64,000 nt of DNA, taken from Macrostomum lignano (Eukaryota). Of this stretch, positions 48,432-61,500 are shown piece by piece. The notes under the pieces were generated by a model, which did no database searches, was not told where the DNA came from, and saw only the letters and a program-made list of their open reading frames with translations. The translations under genes were made by a program, and so were the position numbers. Within the stretch, counting starts at the first letter, position 1; each line of letters opens with the position of its first letter. Location: the NCBI GenBank assembly GCA_002269645.1, contig NIVC01000739.1, forward strand, positions 62,001 to 126,000, read 5' to 3'.

Positions 48432-50087
48432 ATGCTGCAGATTAATTTTGCCGCAAATGCCTACGAGGTACCGCAGAACATTTCCGTAAGTTTCGGAGTT
48501 CCGTTTTATTGAATCATTAGTGATTTTTATGAACGATGGGCATCTAACATGCAAGTGCAAGAAAACTAAGCAAGCCTGCGTTTTAATTAAAGTTGTATTA
48601 CGAGTTTATGAAGTTAAAGAACCCCCGGTTCGATTCCCTGCATGGCCACATTAATTTGGAGGCTTGTACACGAAAGTTGGCCCTTGAGAGTGCACATGCC
48701 TGAGATGATTAGAAGTTAGGGCCGCTGTACACTCTGTGTAAGCGTGTGTATGAGTGCGTACCTGCGTACATGATGCGTTGCCTACAATTCTCCCGCAGAT
48801 ACTCGTATTGTTAACTCAATAAAAAATTTCAGCTACCCGCTACACGATTGGCCGCCTACGAGGACTTTCAACTCCTGACGAAAGAGGATCGAAAACTGAT
48901 GCGCAAGACGCAATGCGAGCTGGAAAATTCAAAGGAATGTTTCAAACCCGGAAAACAGGATCCGGCTGATGAAGAGAAAATTTTAATGGTAATTTTCTTT
49001 CTCAGAGAGACTATAGTACCAGTGTAAAACTTCTGCTCTTCTTAAAATAAAAATTATGAATCCACTTCGCCACGACCAGCTGCTGTACGAGTCCGTGCGC
49101 AACACTCAGCACCGACTGGCGAAAGCGGCCGAGGCGGCGGACACCCTAATGCTGGAGGCCGACTGTCCCAAAGGGGTGCACAAGCAGCTGCAGAGGCTGA
49201 GGAACGCTTGGGGCCCGCTTTACTCTGTGATGCAGCACATCCGCCGAGTGTTGGAGTCTGGTAGCGCTGGAAACCGATCTTCGGTACGCTTTTGAATCAG
49301 AAAAAAAGCTTCATAATTGTCCTATGACTTCAAGTTTTGATATTCCAATTATGGAATCCTAGACCTTTACTATATGGGTATTAGAAGTCTCTTTATTAGT
49401 CTCCAACATGGAAAACTGAAGCAGAAGGACTCTTTGCACTTATCACATGTAACATGTAATTGCATTTATCTATTCTTCCAGATCAGCAGCTGCAGCATTT
49501 TGGATTCAACGGAAGTTGTCCGAACTATGCTATCAAAGAGCCAGTCGGAAACTTCGGCCGAGTATTTGAAAATTGAAGATCGCGTTATTCGCTATACCAG
49601 ACCTGAGCACGGAATTGTCATCAAGGAGATCTGCAGCATCGAGCGTATTGAGAATCCCGTGCTGGATAGGCGGATGCGGGACTTTCGCCGCCAGCTGCAC
49701 AACCGCAACTGTCCACCGGAGCAGCTGTTCCACGGAACGAGGCAGATCAATGCCGAGAAAATCATTACCGATGGCTTCATTTTAGGCAATCGTGGAATGT
49801 TCGGCGCAGGGATCTACTTCGCCACGGACAGCACCAAGAGCGCGCAGTACTGCCAAGACACCGGCGTCAAGGCGTTGCTGCTGTGCGATGTGCTTCTTGG
49901 AAAGCACCAAGTGTGTCGAACTGCTCGAAATGATCTTAATTTTGAAACGCTAAGAGCTGAAGGCTTTGATTCCGTGTTCGCTCAGAGGGACTCCAGGGAG
50001 ACTCGAGGCGTGCTTAACGATGAGTTTGTCGTGTACGACCCGAGGCAGGCCGCCCCGAGGTACCTCATCAAGTTCAAGACAGCCTGA
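48432..50087 (+). CDS. PARP cluster gene P3: spectrin repeat plus tankyrase-like ART domain (~339 aa model)
   Basis: Phase-0 exons 48432-48485 (start uncertain), 48833-48988, 49080-49283 (ADCPKGVHKQLQRLRNAW), 49482-50087 (LFHGT, GMFGAGIYFATDSTKSAQY, NDEFVVYDPRQAAPRYL). Confidence 0.8.
48620..48790 (+). mobile_element. tRNA-SINE fragment in P3 intron 1
   Basis: GGTTCGATTCC B box followed by body shared with the 22.0-22.3 kb and 60.5-60.8 kb copies. Confidence 0.6.
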
Positions 50088-51022
50088 CTGGCTCTGGCTT
50101 TGAGATTTATAAAACTTAACAAGAATGATAGTCTTTGTTCTTGTCAAATATACGCTCGTAGATACAGTTTTATGTTTATTTTACAATTTTAAAACGATTT
50201 ATTATAAACATATACACGCATACGATGATATTTCTAGCTAGCTTTTACGTTAAAAAGTTCTTTACGACTCATACTAAGAAAATTTCATCATCAGAATAAG
50301 GTACTGACGTATGGTCTGATGTCACGCTTTTCTCATACCCTAAAATAACTCTCTGAGGAATGTTCCTTCTAAATGTACTCCTGACTTCACTCTAACTGCA
50401 CGGATTCTGTCAGTTGCATGGTTTCTTTTATTTCTTAGCTCGCATTGAATAGGTCCTTTAAAGATTTTAAATCCTTTTATTCTCAATTATGATTTATCAA
50501 ATCAATACATACATACATTTTATACTCGTACAATTGTGAAATTCACTTAAATTCAAGATCTGGGTGAGAAATGACTTGAGTAACTATTTTGGCTATGTTT
50601 ACGAGAATGGAAAACAGCTTAAAGCAATCGCAGAGAGTTGAAATCGCAAATTGCAATAAAAAAGTATTTTTCAACTTCTGATCAGCTCTCACCCGAAGGA
50701 AAAGTGATCAAATCGACAAATAACAGCAAAATGACCAAGCAACTAAATATCGAAATTTAGCACTCTAGCCATTGTTCTTTTCACTGTACAGTGGTGGAAT
50801 GTGCAGGAAATTGAGCATCGTACACAGTGAGTGTACTTGTACCTCGGAGGGATGCTTGAGAAGGGTTGTAATTTCCAACTCTGCTATTTTATAAGTTTTA
50901 AATCGTTTTTTTACTCGAGACATGACACCCCGTGTCTTGAAGCAACCCTAATTGTGTGACAAAGGAACTCAAATCAAGTGTCTTCAGTGTCATTAGAACC
51001 AATTAGAAAACTACGAGTAAGA

Positions 51023-51807
51023 ATGGGAAATTGTTTCAGCAAGCGGCGTTCGACGGTGAAAACAACTTTTTGACAGCTTTACTTTTCTTTGAAATTTTAT
51101 TTTGTAATTTTTATTAATTTATCATTTTTCTTGTGTCCTACTCACTTTAGCCGAGGTCACTTTACGAGGTACAATCCGAGTCTGTAGCTACCGAGCTCCA
51201 TCTTGCGCACCTATTGCATTCTGGATCAACGACACGAGTAAAGCGCGTCCCCATCACAGCGACAAGAAAGTGGACCGTCGCTGAGTTCCATCGCATTCGC
51301 GACAGGGTCCTACGATATGTGAAACCCGAGTACAACACAAGCGTCAACATCCTGAGCATTGAGAGAATCTGCAACCCAGCACTAGACCAGCGTCTTTACA
51401 ATGCCTTTTTCCAGCTGCATAAAAAGGACTGCGTTCCAGAGCTGCTCATTCACGGGACGTACAGCAACTCCGCTGAGAACATCATTAGCAACGGCTTCAA
51501 TGTTGGTACCCAAGGAATGTTTGGCGCAGGGATCTACTTTGCCACGGACACCTCAAAGAGTGTCCAATATGCTAGAGATAATAACGTCAAGACGCTGCTT
51601 CTCTGCGAGGTGCTTCTAGGAAAGACACTGATCTGCACATCTGCCCAAACAAACCTCAACCTGCAGACTGTGCAGAATCAGGGTTATGACTCGGTGTTCG
51701 CCAGGCGAGGGACGAAATCAACTCAAGGAGTGCTCAATGATGAGTACATTGTCTACCGGCCTGAGCAAGCTACACCACGATATTTAGTCAAGTTTACAAC
51801 TTCGTGA
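51023..51807 (+). CDS. PARP cluster gene P4: MGNCFS acylation motif plus ART domain (229 aa)
   Basis: Exon 51023-51055 (MGNCFSKRRST), 95-nt phase-0 intron, exon 51151-51807 with LIHGT, GMFGAGIYFATDTSKSVQY, NDEYIVY. Confidence 0.87.
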
Positions 51808-52371
51808 ACTATTTGAAACTTCCATTTGAGAAAGAGATTATTTTTATCATCTTAATTATTATGGAAGTAGCCGCTTTAAACTCGTTTTTAAACGTATTAG
51901 CATATTTGCTGTTTAAACTTTATTATGTTAAAATGCTAAACTTATATGTTGTGTTTGCTAAATAAATAATGTATCCTTGACATCAATTTAAAATTTGCTA
52001 AGAATTGTTTTCCTAACAACTTAGAATTCTCAAACGTCATTTTCGAATTATAAGGTACCAGGTACTTACTGTGTACGCATACCGCCCAGAAAGACGAATT
52101 TTTTTGGATATGAAACATTAACTGTACTATACTGTAAACTGCATTCAAGCCCTCACCTACTCATGCACTAAAATGGAAGTTCAGTGGAAGAGCAAATTAA
52201 ATTTTGTCCGATAAACAATAGGAATTACCCAGTCTAACGCAGAGCTGAGGACTCTCAGGATGATGTGGACAGAAAATATGCAAAGCGATATATAAACGTA
52301 GCCTCTCTTGGAAGAATTAGATATATTTTTTAACAACCCTATTTTGAGCCTCGAAATTAACAGTCTACAGA

Positions 52372-53413
52372 ATGGGAAGCTCAGCTTCAAGCCTTAGGAA
52401 AAAGAAGGCAAACCAAAATTCAACAGCAACACGTAGACAGGTAAATTTTAATAGGTGAGTTTTAAAACCATACGTTTTTCTACATGAGCTAGGTTCTATA
52501 TTTGCATGTGAAAACAATGGTTTGATCCCTAATGCAGGACAGTGCATGGTAGAAACGAACTAAAGCGCACAGAAATTAAAGAGAACGACGGGAACACTGC
52601 TCAAGAGTACTTCAAAGTGCTGGACAGAGTAGGAAGATACATCCGAGACGAGCACAATGTCAGCGTACAAATACTGAGCATTGAGAAGATTGAGAACCCA
52701 ATACTTGATATGCGCTTGCGGGATATTTCCCAGCGAATGCACGGCAGAAAACGTAGACCGGAGCTGCTCATTCACGGCACGAGAAGCAGATTTGTCGAGC
52801 AAATGATCAGAGACGGTTTCAGCTATCAGAGAAAGGGTCTGTTTGGTCAGGGCTTTTACTTCTACACTGACAGCACCAAAGCTGCTCGAGGTTGCGGTAG
52901 AGACGCTACAAAGTGCCTCCTACTGTGCGACGTGCAGTTGGGCAAGACCATGGCGATGGAGTCTGCTGACAGGAGTCTCAATTTGAGCAGTATTGAGTCA
53001 GCCGGATTCGACTCGGTTTACGGCGTTCGAGATACCAAGGAAAATGGAGGCGTCTTTAACGACGAGTACGTCGTGTTCCGATCCGAACAGATTGCACCAA
53101 GGTACCTCGTCTGGTTTACAAGTAAGCTTCTTGAAATTTTGCTTACTAGTTGGAAGTCAGTTTACCCACCCAATAGAAGTACTTCACGGAGTCAAAAAAA
53201 AGAATACAAAACATGCCTTAGAGTTAGTGCAAGAGTTATTAGACTCGTTTTAGTGCATTTCCTTGATCAGTACGAAACTTTTAAAAGTTAAAGACTTTCA
53301 AATTCGGGTTACGGAATGTATATCGGTATTTAAATTTGATGCAAAATAGAGTCCAACTGCATCTAAATTCCGCTTTTATATATACTTCGTATTTCTTGCC
53401 CACAGCTCAATAG
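52372..53413 (+). CDS. PARP cluster gene P5: MGSSAS motif plus ART domain with altered nicotinamide site (~224 aa)
   Basis: Exons 52372-52454 (MGSSASSLRKKK..., phase-2 GTGAGT donor), 52538-53121, 53406-53413 (ends WFTTQ*, like paralog ends FTTS*/FTT*). HGT, GLFGQGFYFYTDSTKAARG, NDEYVVF. Confidence 0.8.
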
Positions 53414-54466
53414 AAGTGTTTGCAACGCAAGCATCGATTCAAGGTGGCTTGCAACCTGTCATAAACTCTACAATTTTCAAATTCTGCACCAAATTGTGAT
53501 AATTTGTATTTCAATCGGCCGAGTCGGTAACAGAAGTTCAAATTTAAAGCACTGATTGCAAGTGACTGGAATTAAAACTGTTAGAAACTGCTGACTGTCT
53601 ATTAACTTTAGCTTTTCTGGTGACTTTAACCCTCGCTCCGAGTTTTACATGCTTTTAATATTAAATAAACTACCTCTGGGTCAATTCGTTTTCAGGAAAC
53701 GTCAAAAATCAACCATGTAGGTTGATACGACGTGTTTTGCACACCAAGGTGCATCGTTCTCAGGTGGTATATTGTTTGGAACGAGAGAAAGCCGTGAATA
53801 AAGCGAATTTATAAAATATTGTCAATGTAACTTGTAACGTAGCTATTGAACAAGTATTTCGTACGTAAGAAGTAGTTGGAGGTTGATAGTCCGTACGTAG
53901 GCCAGGGCGAAGACCAAACAAAATACAATTACGTGTAAATGTGCACTGGTTTCAAAATGATCAGTGCTCTGTCACTCAGAATATCAGAGCATATGATCTG
54001 CGCCACTTGCTAGAGTTGGGTATTAAGGGTGGGTGACGGGCTTTTAAACTACAAGGCTTCTTAGATCTTGAGTTTTTAATCAAAGTTCGGCTTTCTCTTC
54101 ATTTTACTTGCTAAATGAGTAACCTTACCTAAAAGCGTTTTCAAATAGCTCTACGTCTCAGTTGCAGTGGGCCTCCTTGATTTGTGTCGTTTTTAAAGTC
54201 TTAAAAAATCTGCTTTATGAATTAGCAGCGTGCAGAAGATAAGAGCTGATATATACATGTAAATCTGCTGACTTACCAACGCAGCAAAGCACAGAGAAGA
54301 AATTTTTGCGTTACTCGTACGAAAACTGTGTACATTGCAGTTGCATGTAAACTCAGAAAATGGAATTTTACATTGACTTCACTTCGAGCTGTTTTAACTA
54401 AAATTGTTTGTTTAGCTAAGACACGGGCCATCTGATTTAAAAAAACATTTCTTATTTTACAAAACA

Positions 54467-55205
54467 ATGGTAAGTACATGTATGTCAAATAAGAATTGTT
54501 CTAGTTATCATATACTGCAGGCGCTTATCACCTAAGTCACCTTGGGTACTTTGAATTCTTCAGACATCGAGTAAATACCAATCTGCAATGGTGGAGCTGC
54601 ACCTGGTGCCGTTGAAACCTCCAAAGGGTGACACGGAGGTCCAGCGAATTCCACTCACGGCATCGAACCTGTCAACTGTTGCCGAATACTACAGGATCTA
54701 CGACCGGGTCATGCGATACGTGAATCCTGTGCACAACACCACGGTGGAAATTCAAAGCATAGAAAGAATAGCAAACCCTGTACTGGACAGAAAACTGTAC
54801 GAAGTGCACAGCAGAATGCACAGGAAAGACTGCATACCGGAGCTTCTCATCCATGGAACAAAAGGCGAAAATGCTGAGAGCATAATTGGAAACGGTTTCA
54901 ATATTGGCAAGATTGGCATGTTTGGAGCGGGAATCTACTTTGCAACTGACAGTACTAAGAGTGCTTTATATGCTCGGGATAACTCTGTAAAAACTTTGCT
55001 ACTGTGCGACGTCCTCTTGGGTAAAACCATGATTTGCAAGGCTAGCAACAGTGAGCTGAACTTGGAATCAGTTGAGGCTAAAGGATATGACTCGGTGTTT
55101 GCGAAGCGAGGCACGAAACAAAGCAAAGGCGTGTTGAACGATGAGTACATCGTATACAGATCTGAGCAAGCCGCCCCAAGGTATCTCGTGAAGTTTACAA
55201 CTTAA
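54467..55205 (+). CDS. PARP cluster gene P6: stand-alone ART domain (~214 aa), paralog of P4
   Basis: ATG|GTAAGT at 54467-54469, 94-nt intron, exon 54564-55205 (or start at ATG 54588). HGT, GMFGAGIYFATDSTKSALY, NDEYIVY. Confidence 0.85.
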
Positions 55206-55888
55206 GGATAACACGCACATCGTATACATGTACATATATTCAGTGCATAGAAAACCAAAGTATAGAAACTTCACTCGCCAACCTTGCAAACTTCGTTGGA
55301 GGTCGGATTTTGCTGGAAATACCCTTAGCAAGTTGAGTAATTTTTCAATTTTTAGCACTTTTTCTCGACTCATTTGCTTGATTTATAATTCTGAACTCCA
55401 GTAGGTTATTGATTTAAATAATTGAAAGCTTGATTTTGCTCTTAATTGGCATTATCACAATAATTTTATACACAACGTGTAACCAAAAATATTAAGATAT
55501 AACTTTTTATTTGAAACAAATAAAGTTTTACTTATTAAAAGCCCCGATAGCTACTTTTTACCTCATACAGTTTCCTAATAAATTAAAATTATGTACTTCG
55601 AAATCGTCTGCACAGTTTCTTTTCTCACCATGTCGGCTAGAGTGCCAGATACAGCGATCGATATGATTCGCGCTCAAGCAATCTGAGACTTTTTTTGTCA
55701 ATTTTGAGTCTTTTTAACTGAGATATAAACAGATAAGATTTTATTTGCTTCAGGATATTATAGCTCGTAGGCTAAAGTCGCGTATACTTGTAGTGCAAAA
55801 ACTCAACTCTGCAAAAGTTGCAGCCAGGCTAACGAAGCAGCGAACTCAACTTAAATGTAATCCCTATTCATTTAACCTTTGAAAACGC

Positions 55889-56736
55889 ATGGGAAACTCA
55901 AAGTCTAAGAGCCGCGAATCAGGAGCCGCAGCTCGCGACAGACCGACAACTGCGACGATTAGATTTTTGATTTCACGAAGCTCAACGGCTTTGAGTCACG
56001 AACCTGAAAGTGCTGCCATAGACAACATCAAAAGAACAGTATTGAAAGAAGATGACGAGGACACCGCGCAGGAATACTTCAAAGTGCTAGACAGAGTAAA
56101 GCGCTATACAAAAGAGCATTATTATCCAATAATTAATTCGATCGAAAGCATCGAGAAGATTGAAAACCCTTTTCTAGACAGACGTCTCGTTGAAATTTCC
56201 AAGAAATTGCATGCAGTTCGAAGTCGACCGGAGCTGCTTATTCACGGCACGAGAAGCAGATTCGTCGAGCAAATGATCAGAGACGGTTTCAGCTATCAGA
56301 GAAAAGGTCTGTTTGGTCAGGGCTTCTACTTCTACACCGACAGCAGCAAAGCTGCTCGAGGCTGCGGTAGAGACACTATAAAGTGCCTCCTCTTGTGTGA
56401 TGTGCTCTTGGGCGAGACCATGGCGATGAAATCTGCTGACAGGAGTCTCAATTTGAGCAGAATTGAGTCAGCCGGATTCGACTCGGTTTACGGCGTTCGG
56501 GGTACCAAGGAATCCGGCGGCGTCTTCAACGACGAGTATGTTGTATTCCGGACCGAACAGATTGCACCAAGGTACCTTGTCAGGTTTCGAGAGGTGAGCA
56601 AATGCACAGTGCATATTTTTGTCTGCTCAACTTATGCACGGAGTTAATTCTTTGTTTTACTTATATTTACATTTTTGTTTCTTTCGACAATTTACAGAAC
56701 GCTTTTGAGGATTCGGAGAATCTTGGATCGAAATGA
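55889..56736 (+). CDS. PARP cluster gene P7: MGNSKS motif plus ART domain with altered nicotinamide site, paralog of P5
   Basis: Exon 55889-56593 plus probable last exon 56698-56736 (or unspliced stop at 56647). HGT, GLFGQGFYFYTDSSKAARG, NDEYVVF. Confidence 0.85.
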
Positions 56737-57578
56737 GCGACTCGTCTGTCGATTCCTATTGCTAATAGCAGATTGTACTTTACATTAGCCAATTAAACAC
56801 TACGAGAGTAGAACCTATTGTCTGTAACTTTTCTACGCTGACAATATTTTGTAAGAAGTCAATGAATCCGAAATTACGCATCAATTTTTTTTAAAATCCA
56901 CGGCTGTATGATCCATAGGCAATAGGCAACTATACACCTAGCAGTATTCAGTTTGATGATGGAGGGGTTTATTTACAATTTGATAAAAGCAAACGGTTAA
57001 GTACATTAACGTGCTATTGCAAAACAAGAAAATCAAATTGCCAGTTTAGAAGTTTAGTTGAACTGTCAGTTTCACTCCTAATATCTGCTGTTTACCTATA
57101 CCAAATTCAAGGGTTTATTGAATGTGCATGGTTTTGAAACGTTTCATTGAAACTCACCACGATAGTTGGCGTTATAGATGTTCCCCAATGTAAAACTCAT
57201 TAGAGATGGTCTCCCGAATTGATACTTCACCGTCTTTAACAACGCGTCGCACTCAATGTTCTGATGAAGACATTGCACAGAAGTCGGCGTGGGCATCGCG
57301 TCTTTCTCGAGTGTAGTGCTCTAACGCTCTCCCTGTCATTTATGGCTAGTTAGCGATTAGCGATTTTTCCTTAGTTGACGCGTAGTACAAATACCAGTCA
57401 TCAGAAACATTCTTGCACTGCTTCGGAAAGAGATTATCAATGCTCAGTTCATCCGGACACTGTAGATACGCGCGCAGAGCTGACGAGTCCCGACGGCTTA
57501 CGTGCGCTTGAGGCGTCCTCGAACGAGAAACGAAGCCTTAGCATTCTTGATAATAATGCCATGATTCAAGACAACAAA

Positions 57579-58142
<564 letters not shown>

Positions 58143-58422
58143 TAGGTAGATAGGTAGACAAAGAGAGGGGAGAGAGGGAAAGGGAGGGTAAGAGAGAGGG
58201 AGCAAAATTCCATGAAGGTACATTGGACACGATACAGTATAGAATGCACATCTATTCAAGTTTGGTTTTATTCTAACCGGATTGCAGTATCTCAGTATTT
58301 TCTATCTCAACAATTCGCTGCAATTGTCTCAACTCAGCCAGTGTATAGGAAGGCCACTAGCAAAAGCGCATTACACCGTTGGCTCTCTATAAAGTGTACG
58401 TTCTATCTGTTGGCGTCTCAAT

Positions 58423-58430
58423 TATAAATA
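58423..58430 (+). promoter_or_regulatory. Putative TATA box of the spectrin-repeat gene
   Basis: TATAAATA ~110 bp upstream of the CTG at 58541; conserved in the inverted copy at 37774-37781. Confidence 0.5.
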
Positions 58431-58540
58431 GCTTTGATGCACCCATGAAAGAGAGCCGTTGCTACAGCTAAGCATTTTTTGGGCTTCTAAATATCCTTGA
58501 GAATTTAAATTTTCTCGGTAGCTGCTTAAGGGCAGACAAA

Positions 58541-61500
58541 CTGGGCAATCAGGCGAGCCGAAGATCGGCTGCCAAGCTTGCCAGGAGCAGAGCGAGCATG
58601 GCTGAGTCAGTGAACTCCACCAGCATTCAGTTAGACTACACTGTTCCTGAGAATTTTCAGAAAGGCATTGCTCATTCAGCAGTTTTTGTTAAATTCTGTC
58701 GAACAGCCAAAGAGCATAGAAAAACGTATGCGATCTACAGAGCAGAAATTGATTATGAATTGCTCAGATTACCGACCGAACAGACTCTGCCATTGACGGA
58801 GAGGAGAGATGCTGGCTTGGTAAGAACGCTTGTATAATTCATTTACACTACTCGATCGTTAGCTCGTAATTGAGTGAGCTAGTCTGAAAAATGAATTATA
58901 CAGAGAGTTAGTGAAATCTAGTGTAATAAAGTATTCTGATTTATACAGTACTTGTCCACGATACTCACCACTGAATCGATAGTGACAAATTTCGCTGCTG
59001 AGATGAACAAAGGAGTCGTAGACAGTGAAGATTCCAAGATTAAAGGCCTAGCTATTTCTAAATATGCTAATAATATTCAAAAAATCTTTCTGTTATCTGC
59101 TCAGCTGCCTCATCTCATTGGTATGCTAGAAGTTTCGCACTTTATTTTCAGAAACTGCAGCAGCTCTTAGAATCCGAGCAATGCAGTCTGGCAGACGCCC
59201 AAGTGGCGTTTGAGAAGCTGCGGTCAGCCAAGAACTGTCCAGGCAAAGTGCATCGCCAGTTCAAGAAGCTTCAGCAGACTTCAGACGAGTACGTTGAGCA
59301 GCTGCAGCAAGCTCTGAACAGAAGGGAGATCTCTGAAGCAATGGACAAGTGGGCTCATTGCCACAGAGAATTCAGCCGGATGCAATCCTGGGTATCTGGT
59401 AAAGAGAACAGCTTGAGGACGCTGCAAAGCTCACAAAAGACTTCACTCATTGACAGAAAAAGCCAACTTACTGAACTTGAGGTAATTTACAAAAATCTGT
59501 GCAAATTGTTGTTGTTATTCACTTCAAGTAAGGAAAAATGTAAAATTTTGTTTAAAAAAGTAACCATACGTGCGTATGATCGTGCTGGTAGTAACAATAA
59601 AAACAATACTACGTGAAAATCACTGTACTTTCTAACTATAGAAGCTGCTTGATTCGATTAATGCTTTGGAATCGAACTTTAACGGGTGGCAGAAGCTGAA
59701 AGAGGAGTTTTCAGCTTTTCTCTATGACGACAACTTGACTTCCAGGTACAAGAGTCTGCAAGATACTGCACAGGTGATTTTAATATATAAAAAACAATTG
59801 AGCATTTTATATGTAGCTGTTCCATGTCTTTTTTGCAATTGCAATATCTATGCATATAATATATAATAACTACAGCAGGTCGTGGGAGACATGAGGCGCT
59901 CCGTATCTCTGCAAAATGTATTCGACTCCCACGTCGCGGAGTTCCAGTCGTGGCTCGATCAGCAGGAACTTCGAATAGGAGCTGTACTCAATAAACCCGA
60001 CAATGAAATATGCTTAAGGCCATTTGCTGATGATCCTGACATTGAAGAAGCAGAAGAGAAGCTGAAGGATCTGAAACATATCGAGAAATTTTTTAATCAA
60101 ACGGAAACATATTGGCTCATGAACACGCATTCCAATGGAAGGGCTCTCATTGACAGCTGCAGGCAAAATGCCAATCTTCAGCGAGAGACGGAAAGTCGAA
60201 TCTCAGCAATGGATTCGCTATGCAAACAAGTGAAGGTAAGAGGAATCATAATCTTCTTTAGCCTATGAGGCTATATGTAATTCTTGGAATACTACAATAA
60301 GAATATCCTGCAATACTCCAACTATGTAGGACCGACTACAAGAAGAGATTTGGACCAGCAGTTGTGCTTCAGCGATGGCAATACTTGAATCAGTTCGGAC
60401 TTGGATTGAAAGCAAAAGTTTTAAACTGGCTCAGCGAACTTCCTTCGAGAAAAAGGAGCTAGCCGTGGCAAGTTTATTATTTGTTTAAATTGACTCCTAA
60501 AGCTCCTAAAGCATGGTTGTACCCTAAAACAAAACAGTGGTCAGTGCGGCGCTCTGATGTGCCGCGATTCCAAGGCTCGATTACAAGTGCAATTACAATT
60601 ATTTCGGCGCTCAATTGGAATCTCGGCTTTGCTCTGCTCGTGCAATTATCGCTCTTGAGGCCCAACCCCCCAAGCCACAGTGAAGTGTACATGCCTAAAG
60701 ATAAATAAATTTAGGGTGGCTGTACACTCCTGTGTGAGTGTGTGCCTGTGCGTATGACTGCGTACGTATCCGCGCGCTTGTGTGCCTGTTTAGGGGAGTC
60801 AGCGGAATGGGCAGAAATTATGCCTCTTGCCGGTAAAAATGCGTGACCAGCATCCTGTGGTTGTTGATATTAGAGAACATGAACGCATTCCGATTCTACT
60901 AGTTAAAATTTAAAATAATGAAGGGTTAATCAAGACAAAGACTGATTTACGACACTTTTGATGACACAAAAACTCTAATAAGTGTCATTAGACTCCTCCT
61001 AAAAACTCTATTATTATTTTTAGAGGCAGGAGGCTGAGTGCACCCAGGCGAACTTTAGGCGACATTGTCAAAACAAAAATAGACTAGCTAGCTACTAGGA
61101 TTTAAAAAATGCACCAAAAACGATGGATTCTGCATAATTTCAGGAAATAGAGTCAACAAGAGAAACTGTCCAAGTCAGAGTGGATGAAGTGCAGAATCTC
61201 CGTAAGAGCCAGCAGGATGCTGGGCTATTTTTCTATGAGGCTAAACTGGCGCAACTTGAGCAAGCGTGGGCTCGAACTGACAAGCTGTTAAACGATACAT
61301 GCATCAAGGTTGAAGATGCTTTCAAGAACTGGTCGGCACTCCAGGATCAGAAAGTCGTGCTGACTGACTGGTTAGATACATCAGATAGTCGGCTCAAAAG
61401 TTTGAGCAAACACAGGGTTCGGCTCATGGATAGGACTCAGCAACTGAGAGAACTCAAGGTAGGTCACACAAGCCTTGAGTGAAAAACTCTTACAAAGTTC

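Noticed and set aside
58949-59170. Extra in-frame exon of the spectrin gene
   Set aside because: Acceptor at 58948 is plausible, but no frame-compatible donor leaving a realistic intron before 59152 was found; left out of the model.
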